This document shows positions 20,022 to 28,118 of a stretch of DNA of 64,000 nucleotides, piece by piece; position 1 is the first letter of the stretch; every line of letters starts with the position of its first letter. The stretch comes from an uncultured Prevotella sp. (GTDB lineage: Bacteria; Bacteroidota; Bacteroidia; Bacteroidales; Bacteroidaceae). The DNA lies in contig ONDK01000010.1 of assembly GCA_900316565.1 (NCBI GenBank), positions 15,129 through 79,128 on the forward strand, written 5' to 3'. The notes beneath the pieces were generated by a model that worked only from the letters and a program-made list of their open reading frames with translations, did not search any database and was not told where the DNA came from. The position numbers and the translations under genes were made by a program.

Positions 20022-20075
20022 TGCTATCTTTCTTTGTTTTGATTCGTTAAATTGATACCTATTCCAAACAGGATG

Positions 20076-20083
20076 CAAAGGTA
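20076..20083 (-). promoter_or_regulatory. sigmaA -7 element (TACCTTTG) for rpmB
   Basis: TAnnTTTG match 55 bp upstream of the start. Confidence 0.6.
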
Positions 20084-20166
20084 CTAATTTTCAGCGAACT
20101 AACAAAGCCGGCAGAGAGCAAATCGTCTATTTTAAGTTTTTTTTAGATTTAAATCAACCACTGGCT

Positions 20167-20592
20167 CTAAATCTTCTTGACCAGACGGTTAAGGCCGTCG
20201 AGGTGGGTCTGCCATTCAGAAATCTTCCGTTCTATCTTACCCATGTCGAGGTCCATAGGAAAGACAGAGGGGTTGTCGTGCTCATACTGAAGGAGCTGGA
20301 TGTACTGTTCCACAAGAGCAATCTTTTGCTTCACGGTTTTCTTCTTCGGATAGCCGCGCTTGGCTGTCTCCTGGTCTATCTGAGCAGCCACATCATTAAT
20401 CTCACTGCCCACCTCCTCATACTGTTTCTGCCAATTGAGATAGTCGCTGTTGAGCTTGAGGTTATTGTCGTTGGTAACGGCAACTACGTCGCTGTCGTTC
20501 GATGAAATCGGACTATACGTGGATGTCGACTGCGCGAAACCGGCAACCGAGAGACACATTATACAGGACAATACAAAAATTTTCTTTTTCAT
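20167..20592 (-). CDS. Hypothetical secreted alpha-helical protein
   Basis: Signal peptide ending GFA-Q, coiled-coil-like mature part, own TATATTTG -7 box near 20623-20630. Confidence 0.7.
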   Translation of the reverse strand: MKKKIFVLSCIMCLSVAGFAQSTSTYSPISSNDSDVVAVTNDNNLKLNSDYLNWQKQYEEVGSEINDVAAQIDQETAKRGYPKKKTVKQKIALVEQYIQLLQYEHDNPSVFPMDLDMGKIERKISEWQTHLDGLNRLVKKI

Positions 20593-20974
20593 AGCTTCGT
20601 GTCTTTTTCAATTAATATTCTGCAAATATAGTCATTTCCAAAGAAACACGAGCAGAGTTGAAACAAATATTGCACTTTATTCATAATCATTAAACCGACT
20701 TTCGTCGTTTGGCAGGATTCTGTTTTCTGCTCACATCCGTAACAACTTGACAACGTAACAACGTAACATTTTTACCTAGAAAGACCCAGGGAAAAACAGA
20801 TCAAAAACGGACAATACTTGAAACTTTCTGCCAGGAAGAAAAGAAAAGGACTTTTTCCTTTGTCATCTCACCGTTTTGCCGTATCTTTGCAAATTGTGTA
20901 TGGCATCATACACATTACATTAACGAAACATCAATAGTTATAACATATAAGTATTTTAGAATTATATTTGCGCA

Positions 20975-21889
20975 ATGAAACCAACATTGTTACTCCTTGC
21001 TGCCGGAATGGGCAGCCGTTACGGTGGGTTGAAACAGCTCGACGGGCTGGGACCCAACGGAGAGACTATTATGGACTACTCCATCTACGATGCCATCCAG
21101 GCAGGATTCGGAAAGATAGTATGGGTCATCCGTAAGGACTTCGAGAAGGACTTTCGCGAGAAGATCCTGTCAAAATATGAGGGCCACATCCCTTGCGAGC
21201 TCGTCTTCCAGGGCCTCGACTCCCTGCCCGAGGGCTACAGCGTCCCCGAAGGCCGCAAGAAGCCATGGGGCACCAACCATGCCGTGATGATGGCCGAGAA
21301 GGTTATCCATGAGCCGTTCTGCGTCATCAACTGCGACGACTTCTACAACCGCGACTGCTTCAAGGTCATAGGCAAATATCTCTCCGAGCTTCCTGAGGGC
21401 AGCAAGAATAAATATGCCATGGTGGGCTTCCGCGTCGGCAACACCCTGTCGGAGAATGGCAGCGTCAGCCGCGGCGTCTGCTCCAAAGACGACAAAAATC
21501 TCCTTACAGGCGTTGTGGAGCGCACGGAGATAGTACCTAAGGATGCCGAGCACGCAGCATACAAGGACGAGAACGGACAGTGGGTAGAGATTCCCGACAC
21601 CACCCCTGTTAGCATGAACGTGTGGGGCTTCACGCCCGATTACTTCGAATACAGCGACAAGTTCTTCAAAGACTTCCTCGACGCTCCTGAGACGAAAGCC
21701 AACCCCAAGGCCGAGTACCTCATTCCATGGGTCGTCAACAAGCTCATCACCGACGGCACCGCGACATGCGAGGTCCTCGACACCACCAGCAAGTGGTTTG
21801 GCGTGACATACTCCGCAGACCGTCCTGCCGTTGTCGCCAAGATACAGAAGCTCGTCGACGAAGGCGTTTATCCGAACAAACTTTTCTAA
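20975..21889 (+). CDS. Sugar-phosphate nucleotidyltransferase (NTP_transferase family)
   Basis: LAAGMGSRYGGLKQ, KPWGTNHAV, VINCDDFY; TATCTTTG -7 box at 20882. Confidence 0.88.
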   Translation: MKPTLLLLAAGMGSRYGGLKQLDGLGPNGETIMDYSIYDAIQAGFGKIVWVIRKDFEKDFREKILSKYEGHIPCELVFQGLDSLPEGYSVPEGRKKPWGTNHAVMMAEKVIHEPFCVINCDDFYNRDCFKVIGKYLSELPEGSKNKYAMVGFRVGNTLSENGSVSRGVCSKDDKNLLTGVVERTEIVPKDAEHAAYKDENGQWVEIPDTTPVSMNVWGFTPDYFEYSDKFFKDFLDAPETKANPKAEYLIPWVVNKLITDGTATCEVLDTTSKWFGVTYSADRPAVVAKIQKLVDEGVYPNKLF

Positions 21890-21893
21890 CTTA

Positions 21894-22949
21894 ATGGACA
21901 ATATCCAAGACAAAAACTCCATGATTTTGCTGGCAGAGAACGAGAAGGACCTTTTGGCAACCACCATCGCCTCTGCCAACAAGATTGTTATCACAGCCCA
22001 CAAGTCGCCCGACGGCGATGCCGTGGGCTCCACCCTGGCGTGGAGGTTATACCTGGAGAGCCTTGCCAAGGACGTTACCGTGGTACTGCCCGACGCAGCC
22101 CCCGACTTCCTGCACTGGCTTCCCGGCTATGACAATATCATCACTTTCGACAAGCACAAGGAAAAAGCTTCCCAGGTCATCAGTGAGGCCGACATGATTT
22201 TCTGTCTCGACTACAACGAACTGTCGCGGACAGAGGACATGCAGGCCGTCATAGAGAAGGCCAAGGCACAGCGTGTCGTCATAGACCATCATGTAGGTGT
22301 GACTATAGACGCCCTCCTGACCATCTCGCACCCGGAGGCCACGAGTACCTCGGAGCTCGTCTTCAAGACCATCTGCCAGCTCAGCGGCACGAAGGCCATC
22401 TCTCACGACACGGCCGTCTGCATCTACTGCGGTATGATGACAGACACGGGAGGCTTCACTTTCAACAGTTCCGACCCCGATGTCTATCTCATTATCTCCG
22501 AACTGCTGAAGAAGAAAATCAACAAGGACATCATTTACAACCGTGTGTTCCACAACTACAGTCCTTCAGCACTCCGTTTCCGCTCATACATCATCCTTAA
22601 GAAGCTCAACATCGTGGAGACTCTCCATGCCTCCTACTACGCCGTAACGAAGAAGGAGATGAAGGAATTCAACTTCATCAAAGGCGACTTAGAGGGAGTG
22701 GTCAACGTACCATTGACGATGAAAGGCCACAAGCTCTCCATCTCCCTACGTGAGGACCGCGACAAGCCGAACCTCGTTTACGTGAGTCTTAGGTCGAGCT
22801 GTGGTTTCCACTGCCGGCAGATGGCTGCAGAATATTTCAACGGTGGCGGCCATGAGGATGCCGCCGGCGGACGGCTACTCTGCTCCATCGAAGAGGCGGA
22901 GAAGACTGCACTCAAGGCCATACTAGCTTACAAGGACCAGTTGGAATAG
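21894..22949 (+). CDS. nrnA: DHH-family phosphoesterase (NrnA-like)
   Basis: HKSPDGDAVGS, IDHH, TDTG, GGGHEDAAG; start moved to ATG at 21894. Confidence 0.88.
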   Translation: MDNIQDKNSMILLAENEKDLLATTIASANKIVITAHKSPDGDAVGSTLAWRLYLESLAKDVTVVLPDAAPDFLHWLPGYDNIITFDKHKEKASQVISEADMIFCLDYNELSRTEDMQAVIEKAKAQRVVIDHHVGVTIDALLTISHPEATSTSELVFKTICQLSGTKAISHDTAVCIYCGMMTDTGGFTFNSSDPDVYLIISELLKKKINKDIIYNRVFHNYSPSALRFRSYIILKKLNIVETLHASYYAVTKKEMKEFNFIKGDLEGVVNVPLTMKGHKLSISLREDRDKPNLVYVSLRSSCGFHCRQMAAEYFNGGGHEDAAGGRLLCSIEEAEKTALKAILAYKDQLE

Positions 22950-23091
22950 CAGTCCCCCACCCCGCCCCGACTTAATGCCGACACAGGAAAGAAAGACGCA
23001 TAAAGAACGGGGCGAAAGATATTAACGGAAGAAAACAATCATCGGTGAATCCACATCTAATAAGGACGAAGCCGGAAAAATAAATACGAAT

Positions 23092-23751
23092 ATGAGGAAT
23101 ATAACAAAGATTCTCTTTATCCTTGCCGTTGCAGCCGTCGCGCTGACATCATGCAACGACAACGACACCTATGCCGACCAGCTGGAGAGAGAACGCAACG
23201 CGATAAACGACTTCATAAAGAACAAGAAGATTAAGGTTATCAGCGAGGCCGAGTTCTACGCCAAGGACTCCGTCACCGACACGGCGGCCAACGAGTATGT
23301 CTATTTCGGCAATACCGGCATATACATGCAGATTGTCAACAAGGGATGCGGCGAGAAGATAAAGCGCGGCGAGACCGCACGCGTGCTCTGCCGTTATGAT
23401 GAGTACAACATCATGGACAACCCCGACACCATACAGACGTCGAACAACCTGCTCTACTATCAGGCCATTGTCGACAAGATGACCGTCACCAACACCAGCG
23501 GCACCTTCAGCGGATACTTCGACTCCTCGTCGAGTGTCATGCAGAGCAGCTACGCGTCGAGTGGCTCGGGCACGGCGGTACCGTCAGGATGGCTCATGCC
23601 ATTTGCATTCATAAACGTGGGACGCCCTGCCACAGAAACGGAAGAGGTGGCAAAGGTCAAGCTCATAGTGCCTTCCACACAAGGCCAGGCCAACGCCTCG
23701 GCATCTGTCTATCCCTGCTTTTACGTGATCACTTATCAAAGAGGAAGATAA
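23092..23751 (+). CDS. DUF4827-like lipoprotein (FKBP-like fold)
   Basis: Lipobox LTSC, TYADQLERERNAI, GIYMQIVNKG, VKLIVPSTQG; upstream of glmM. Confidence 0.75.
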   Translation: MRNITKILFILAVAAVALTSCNDNDTYADQLERERNAINDFIKNKKIKVISEAEFYAKDSVTDTAANEYVYFGNTGIYMQIVNKGCGEKIKRGETARVLCRYDEYNIMDNPDTIQTSNNLLYYQAIVDKMTVTNTSGTFSGYFDSSSSVMQSSYASSGSGTAVPSGWLMPFAFINVGRPATETEEVAKVKLIVPSTQGQANASASVYPCFYVITYQRGR

Positions 23752-23759
23752 ACGATATT

Positions 23760-25160
23760 ATGACATTAATAAAATCTATTTCTGGTATTCGCGGAACCAT
23801 CGGTGGACGCGCTGGCGACACCCTCAATCCGCTGGACATCGTAAAGTTTGTATCGGCTTACACCACCTTCATAGGAAGGAAGAATCCCGGAAAGAAATTG
23901 CAGATTGTCGTAGGACGTGACGCACGCATCTCCGGAGCTATGGTGAAGAACGTGGTCTGCGGCACGCTGATGGGAATGGGTGCCGACGTCATAAACATCG
24001 GACTGGCCACCACGCCGACAACGGAGCTGGCAGTGCGCATGAGCCATTCCGACGGAGGCATCATCATCACCGCAAGTCATAACCCACGTCACTGGAACGC
24101 GCTGAAGCTGCTCAACGAGGAAGGAGAGTTCCTCACAAAGGACGACGGCAATGTGGTTCTCGACATCGCCGACAAGGAAGACTTCACCTTCGCCGAGGTG
24201 GACGACCTTGGAAGCTACAGCGAGGACAGCTCCTACGACCGCAAGCATGTGGAGGCTGTGACTGCCCTCGATCTCGTGGACCTCACCGCCATCCGCAACG
24301 CGCACTTCAAGGTTATCGTAGACTCCATCAACTCCGTCGGCGGCGTCATCCTGCCAAAGCTCCTCGACGCGCTGCATGTGGAATATAAGTTCCTCAACGG
24401 AGAAGCCAACGGCGACTTCGCACACAACCCGGAGCCACTGGAGAAGAACCTCGGCGGCATCATGGGTGAGATGGCCAAGGGCGGCTATGACCTTGGCATC
24501 GTCGTAGACCCTGACGTGGACCGCCTGGCATTCATCCAGGAAGACGGAAAGATGTATGGCGAGGAATACACCCTGGTAACCGTCGCCGACTACATCCTCG
24601 ACCATGTAAAGGGTACCACGGTGTCGAACCTCAGCTCCACAAGGGCTCTGAGAGATGTCACCGAGAAACACGGCTGCAAGTATTATGCTGCCGCCGTAGG
24701 TGAGGTCAACGTAACGACAAAGATGAAGGAGGTTGGCGCCGTTATCGGCGGCGAGGGCAACGGTGGAGTAATATATCCGGAGCTCCACTATGGCCGCGAC
24801 GCACTGGTGGGCATAGCCCTCTTCCTATCCTCACTGGCTGAGAAAGGACTTAAAGCCTCGGAGCTGCGCAAGACGTTCCCGGAGTATTTCATTGCCAAGA
24901 ACCGCATAGACCTCACACCGGAAACCGATGTCGACGCTATTCTCCGTCAGGTCAAGGAGCAGTACGGCAAGGAGAAGGACGTTCACGTTACTGACATCGA
25001 CGGTGTGAAGCTCGACTTCCCCGACAAATGGGTTCACCTCCGTAAGAGCAACACTGAGCCAATCATCCGCGTCTACAGTGAGGCGCACACCATGGAAGAG
25101 GCTGACAGCCTCGGCAAAATGCTCATGCAGATTGTCTATGACATGCAAAAAGGAAAGTAA
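23760..25160 (+). CDS. glmM: Phosphoglucosamine mutase / phosphohexomutase
   Basis: Start MTLIKSISGIRG (ATG at 23760); TASHNP, DPDVDR, GEGNGG, RKSNTEP. Confidence 0.9.
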   Translation: MTLIKSISGIRGTIGGRAGDTLNPLDIVKFVSAYTTFIGRKNPGKKLQIVVGRDARISGAMVKNVVCGTLMGMGADVINIGLATTPTTELAVRMSHSDGGIIITASHNPRHWNALKLLNEEGEFLTKDDGNVVLDIADKEDFTFAEVDDLGSYSEDSSYDRKHVEAVTALDLVDLTAIRNAHFKVIVDSINSVGGVILPKLLDALHVEYKFLNGEANGDFAHNPEPLEKNLGGIMGEMAKGGYDLGIVVDPDVDRLAFIQEDGKMYGEEYTLVTVADYILDHVKGTTVSNLSSTRALRDVTEKHGCKYYAAAVGEVNVTTKMKEVGAVIGGEGNGGVIYPELHYGRDALVGIALFLSSLAEKGLKASELRKTFPEYFIAKNRIDLTPETDVDAILRQVKEQYGKEKDVHVTDIDGVKLDFPDKWVHLRKSNTEPIIRVYSEAHTMEEADSLGKMLMQIVYDMQKGK

Positions 25161-25221
25161 ATACTTCGGACTTTAGCGTGGCGACCATACGCATAAGCAC
25201 CGACAAACTATAAACCTTAAA

Positions 25222-25266
25222 CCCCCTGCTTGCTGGCAATTCACTTGCCAGAAAGCAGGGGCTTCT
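25222..25266. terminator. Hairpin terminator between convergent glmM and pectate lyase genes
   Basis: CCCCTGCTT-g-CTGGCAA...TTGCCAG-a-AAGCAGGGG stem. Confidence 0.7.
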
Positions 25267-25296
25267 CTATTGTAATAATGTATTGGCCTTACAATA

Positions 25297-27510
25297 TTAC
25301 TCCTGAGGCTCCAGCACAATGGCAAAGAGGTTCACGGAGTTGGCCTTGGTAATCGTGGTGGTGCCCGAAATAACCTGAGTGTAGGTAGAGCCGGTGCCCG
25401 CCACCTTCGTGCCGTTGATCTTTGCGGAAGCTGTCTCGGTATCGCCGAAGACCAGCGTCATCTTGTAAGACTTGGCAGCGTTGACGACGATGCTTGTCGA
25501 CGACTCCATCTTAACGCAGGTAGAGTAAGTAACGTTATTATACTTCGCAGTACCCTTCGATGTAGAGTAGTTGCCGGTAACGGTAACTATGCTGCTCGAA
25601 GGCTTCTTTCCCTCAAAGCTTACCACAACGGTTCCCGTGGGTTGGTCGACGGTAGAGCCACCGGTCTCTCCAGTGCCACCGGTCTCACTGCTGCCACCGC
25701 TTTCTCCCGTCTCACCGCTTGAAGCGTTCTCATCACCGAAGATGCCGACGAGTGTCGACTTGTAGTTGTCAATAAGTGAAGCCAATTTCGTGTTAATTTC
25801 AGCACTCTGGTCATCGACGGAGTTGTTAAAATTGAACTGCACATCGCCGTGCTCTATGCGTCCTGCGCCCAAGAAGCCGGTAACCTTTGCAGGAACATCC
25901 TTGGCCTCATCGGGGGTATATGTATATATCAGGCTGGGGTTGGTGTCGAAGTTGTTATACACATGTCCTCCAACTTTAGCCTTTACTGTCTCCGGGACTT
26001 TCTCATCACGTGAGGAGACGACATAAGCGTCGAAAGAGGTGTTGTCGTCGGCATAAGTAGTGAAGGCGCTGCCGCTCTGAGGTTCCGCGATTATGTTGTC
26101 ATAGGCCTTGATGATACCGCCATTCTCACCGCTGAGAGTGCTCCCTTTAGGACCTAAGTCATGCGCCTGGTTTGCTATAATCATCGGATATTTCGTCCCG
26201 CGGAAGTAGTTCTTCTCGACGAAAACATCAGAGGATGAGGAAGCGCCTACACCATATTTAGCCACTCCGTCATAATAGTTGTTGAAGAAATGGACGCTCA
26301 TGGTGCGTACCCTTGCATGACGGGAGTCACTATGGTCGAACCAGTTGTGATGATACGTGATGTAGTTTGGTCCTGTCTCACTCTTCATTCCGCACATGCT
26401 GGATTTTCCAGTGTCCCAGAAGCGGCAGTAGTCGATGGTGACGAACTTTGAGTCGGCCTTCACGTCAATGCCGCCGTCGCCCTTGGCATGGTCACCACTT
26501 CCCGACTTTCCGTAGAACACGTCGACATTATGAATCCATATATTGCTGTTATCGGTGTCAAGGGATAATCCGTCATCCATCTGACGCATAACGGCAAAGT
26601 TGCGGAACTCCACGCTGGCGCTGTTGCGAACGAGAATGCCGAAGCCGTGTATCGTGGCATCATTACCGATACCCTCGACGGTGATATTCAAAGGAGAGTC
26701 GGCTTGCGGACCTTTAATCTGCAGTCCCTCAGAGGAAGAGCCGAAGCTGTCGACATCACCTGCGGAGACTATACCGATGACGCGGATATCCAACGGTGGC
26801 AGTGAGACACCATTCTTCTGATATGCATTGAGTATGGCCTGCAACCCGGTAAACTCCTGTGTCGACTTTCCCGTGGAGAGAGTGGCCTTCACCGTCTTAG
26901 CCGTGTTCTTAGTAACGTAGAGCACTATAGCTCCGGTCTTCAGAGTGCCGTCGTTATTATAGGCTCCTACACCCTCGGTGCGCTTGAAATGGGCATAACC
27001 CTGGCGGTCGTAGTTTGACACCGTGAGGGACGTGGCCTCACTGGCCTTCGTCTCGTCCTCCTTGTTATTGATAACGGGGACGACCTTAATGGAATAGGCT
27101 CCGGCCTTCAGTCCTACAGCATCAGCGCGACCGAAAGTTCCGTAGTCGCGGACGAGTTGGTCATCGAGCTTCTTATATTCCTTGATGTCTCCTCCCTTGA
27201 TATATACTTTATAGTTGTTAGCTCCCTTCAATGGTGCCCACTCTATATAAGCACTCTCCTGCCAACCATTGGCCTGCTTAATCTGAACGGCGCCCTGTGC
27301 TATCTTAGTAAAATTGATGCGGCTTGCGGTAAAGCTCGTATTCTGTGGGCTTACCGTTACATTATTGCCTTTGATGGCGATGCTTTTCACATCAGCGGTG
27401 TTATAGGATGAGACGGAGCCATCGGTGGCGGTGATGTTTACCTTGTTCTGTGCCACAGCCATGGTAGTAGCCAATAGTGCTGTATAGAGAACGATATTTC
27501 TCTTCTGCAT
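25297..27510 (-). CDS. Secreted pectate lyase (PL1) with Fn3-like N-terminal region, G/S/E/T linker and CBM77-like C-terminal module
   Basis: SNIWIHN, DG.IDVK, ITYHHNWFDHSDSRHARVR, HFFNNYY (PL1 beta-helix); C-terminal CVKMESSTSI...TITKANSVNLFAI resembles CBM77. Confidence 0.85.
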   Translation of the reverse strand: MQKRNIVLYTALLATTMAVAQNKVNITATDGSVSSYNTADVKSIAIKGNNVTVSPQNTSFTASRINFTKIAQGAVQIKQANGWQESAYIEWAPLKGANNYKVYIKGGDIKEYKKLDDQLVRDYGTFGRADAVGLKAGAYSIKVVPVINNKEDETKASEATSLTVSNYDRQGYAHFKRTEGVGAYNNDGTLKTGAIVLYVTKNTAKTVKATLSTGKSTQEFTGLQAILNAYQKNGVSLPPLDIRVIGIVSAGDVDSFGSSSEGLQIKGPQADSPLNITVEGIGNDATIHGFGILVRNSASVEFRNFAVMRQMDDGLSLDTDNSNIWIHNVDVFYGKSGSGDHAKGDGGIDVKADSKFVTIDYCRFWDTGKSSMCGMKSETGPNYITYHHNWFDHSDSRHARVRTMSVHFFNNYYDGVAKYGVGASSSSDVFVEKNYFRGTKYPMIIANQAHDLGPKGSTLSGENGGIIKAYDNIIAEPQSGSAFTTYADDNTSFDAYVVSSRDEKVPETVKAKVGGHVYNNFDTNPSLIYTYTPDEAKDVPAKVTGFLGAGRIEHGDVQFNFNNSVDDQSAEINTKLASLIDNYKSTLVGIFGDENASSGETGESGGSSETGGTGETGGSTVDQPTGTVVVSFEGKKPSSSIVTVTGNYSTSKGTAKYNNVTYSTCVKMESSTSIVVNAAKSYKMTLVFGDTETASAKINGTKVAGTGSTYTQVISGTTTITKANSVNLFAIVLEPQE

Positions 27511-27526
27511 AATCCTTACTTTCCTT

Positions 27527-27988
27527 TTAACGTTTTACGAATTTGATGACAGTGTTTCCTGCACGAAGAACATAAACCCCTGACTTCATGTTGGTGATGT
27601 CGAGGCTCGCGGTATCGGAAGAGGCTTTCGTCTGCGCGACTTTCTTGCCGGAGGCATCAAAGATTTCTATCCTCTCGCCGCACTGAACGCCGCTGAGATG
27701 GATATTACCGTCGGTGGTCCCCGCAAGGTTGAAAGCCTTGACCTGGTCTATTCCCGTGGTCGCATTGTCGAAGGCTATCGCCACCGATTCCATATCGGCA
27801 GCCTGCTCCGTGCCATCAGAGAAGTGTAAGACGACATTATCGCCGTCGAAAGCAAGTTCCACGGCCGTCTTCTCGACGGTCCGCCCATTGATAGTGATTG
27901 TCTGCGCCTCTGAAGCAATCGCAGCCTGGGACGATACTGTCAACCCTAATAGCAAACTGGTAACAAATAAGATTTTTCTCATAAACAA
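27527..27988 (-). CDS. Small T9SS type-A CTD protein
   Basis: Signal peptide, about 55-aa beta-rich domain, TTGID linker, CTD motifs IFDASGKKV, LDITNMKSGVYVL, KFVKR. Confidence 0.85.
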   Translation of the reverse strand: MFMRKILFVTSLLLGLTVSSQAAIASEAQTITINGRTVEKTAVELAFDGDNVVLHFSDGTEQAADMESVAIAFDNATTGIDQVKAFNLAGTTDGNIHLSGVQCGERIEIFDASGKKVAQTKASSDTASLDITNMKSGVYVLRAGNTVIKFVKR

Positions 27989-28070
27989 TTAATAGGTTTC
28001 AATTAGTTTGGTAATCCGGCACAAATATAGCTAAAATATCAATCGTTATGTTCGTTTCCATGACAGAAAG

Positions 28071-28110
28071 AAACGTAAACGTTTACAAAATCATGTAAAC
28101 GCTTACGTTT
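28071..28110. promoter_or_regulatory. 17-bp-arm inverted repeat made of two LacI-type palindromes; tamL terminator and/or operator
   Basis: AAACGTAAACGTTTACA-aaatca-TGTAAACGCTTACGTTT (1 mismatch); GTAAACGTTTAC is itself a perfect palindrome. Confidence 0.55.
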
Positions 28111-28118
28111 TGTTTTCA

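Noticed and set aside
21170-22069. Long antisense ORFs (also 23766-24788, 9656-10495, 13874-14650, 55868-56596, 61501-62439)
   Set aside because: These are shadows of well-supported genes on the opposite strand, caused by codon bias, and have no recognisable motifs.
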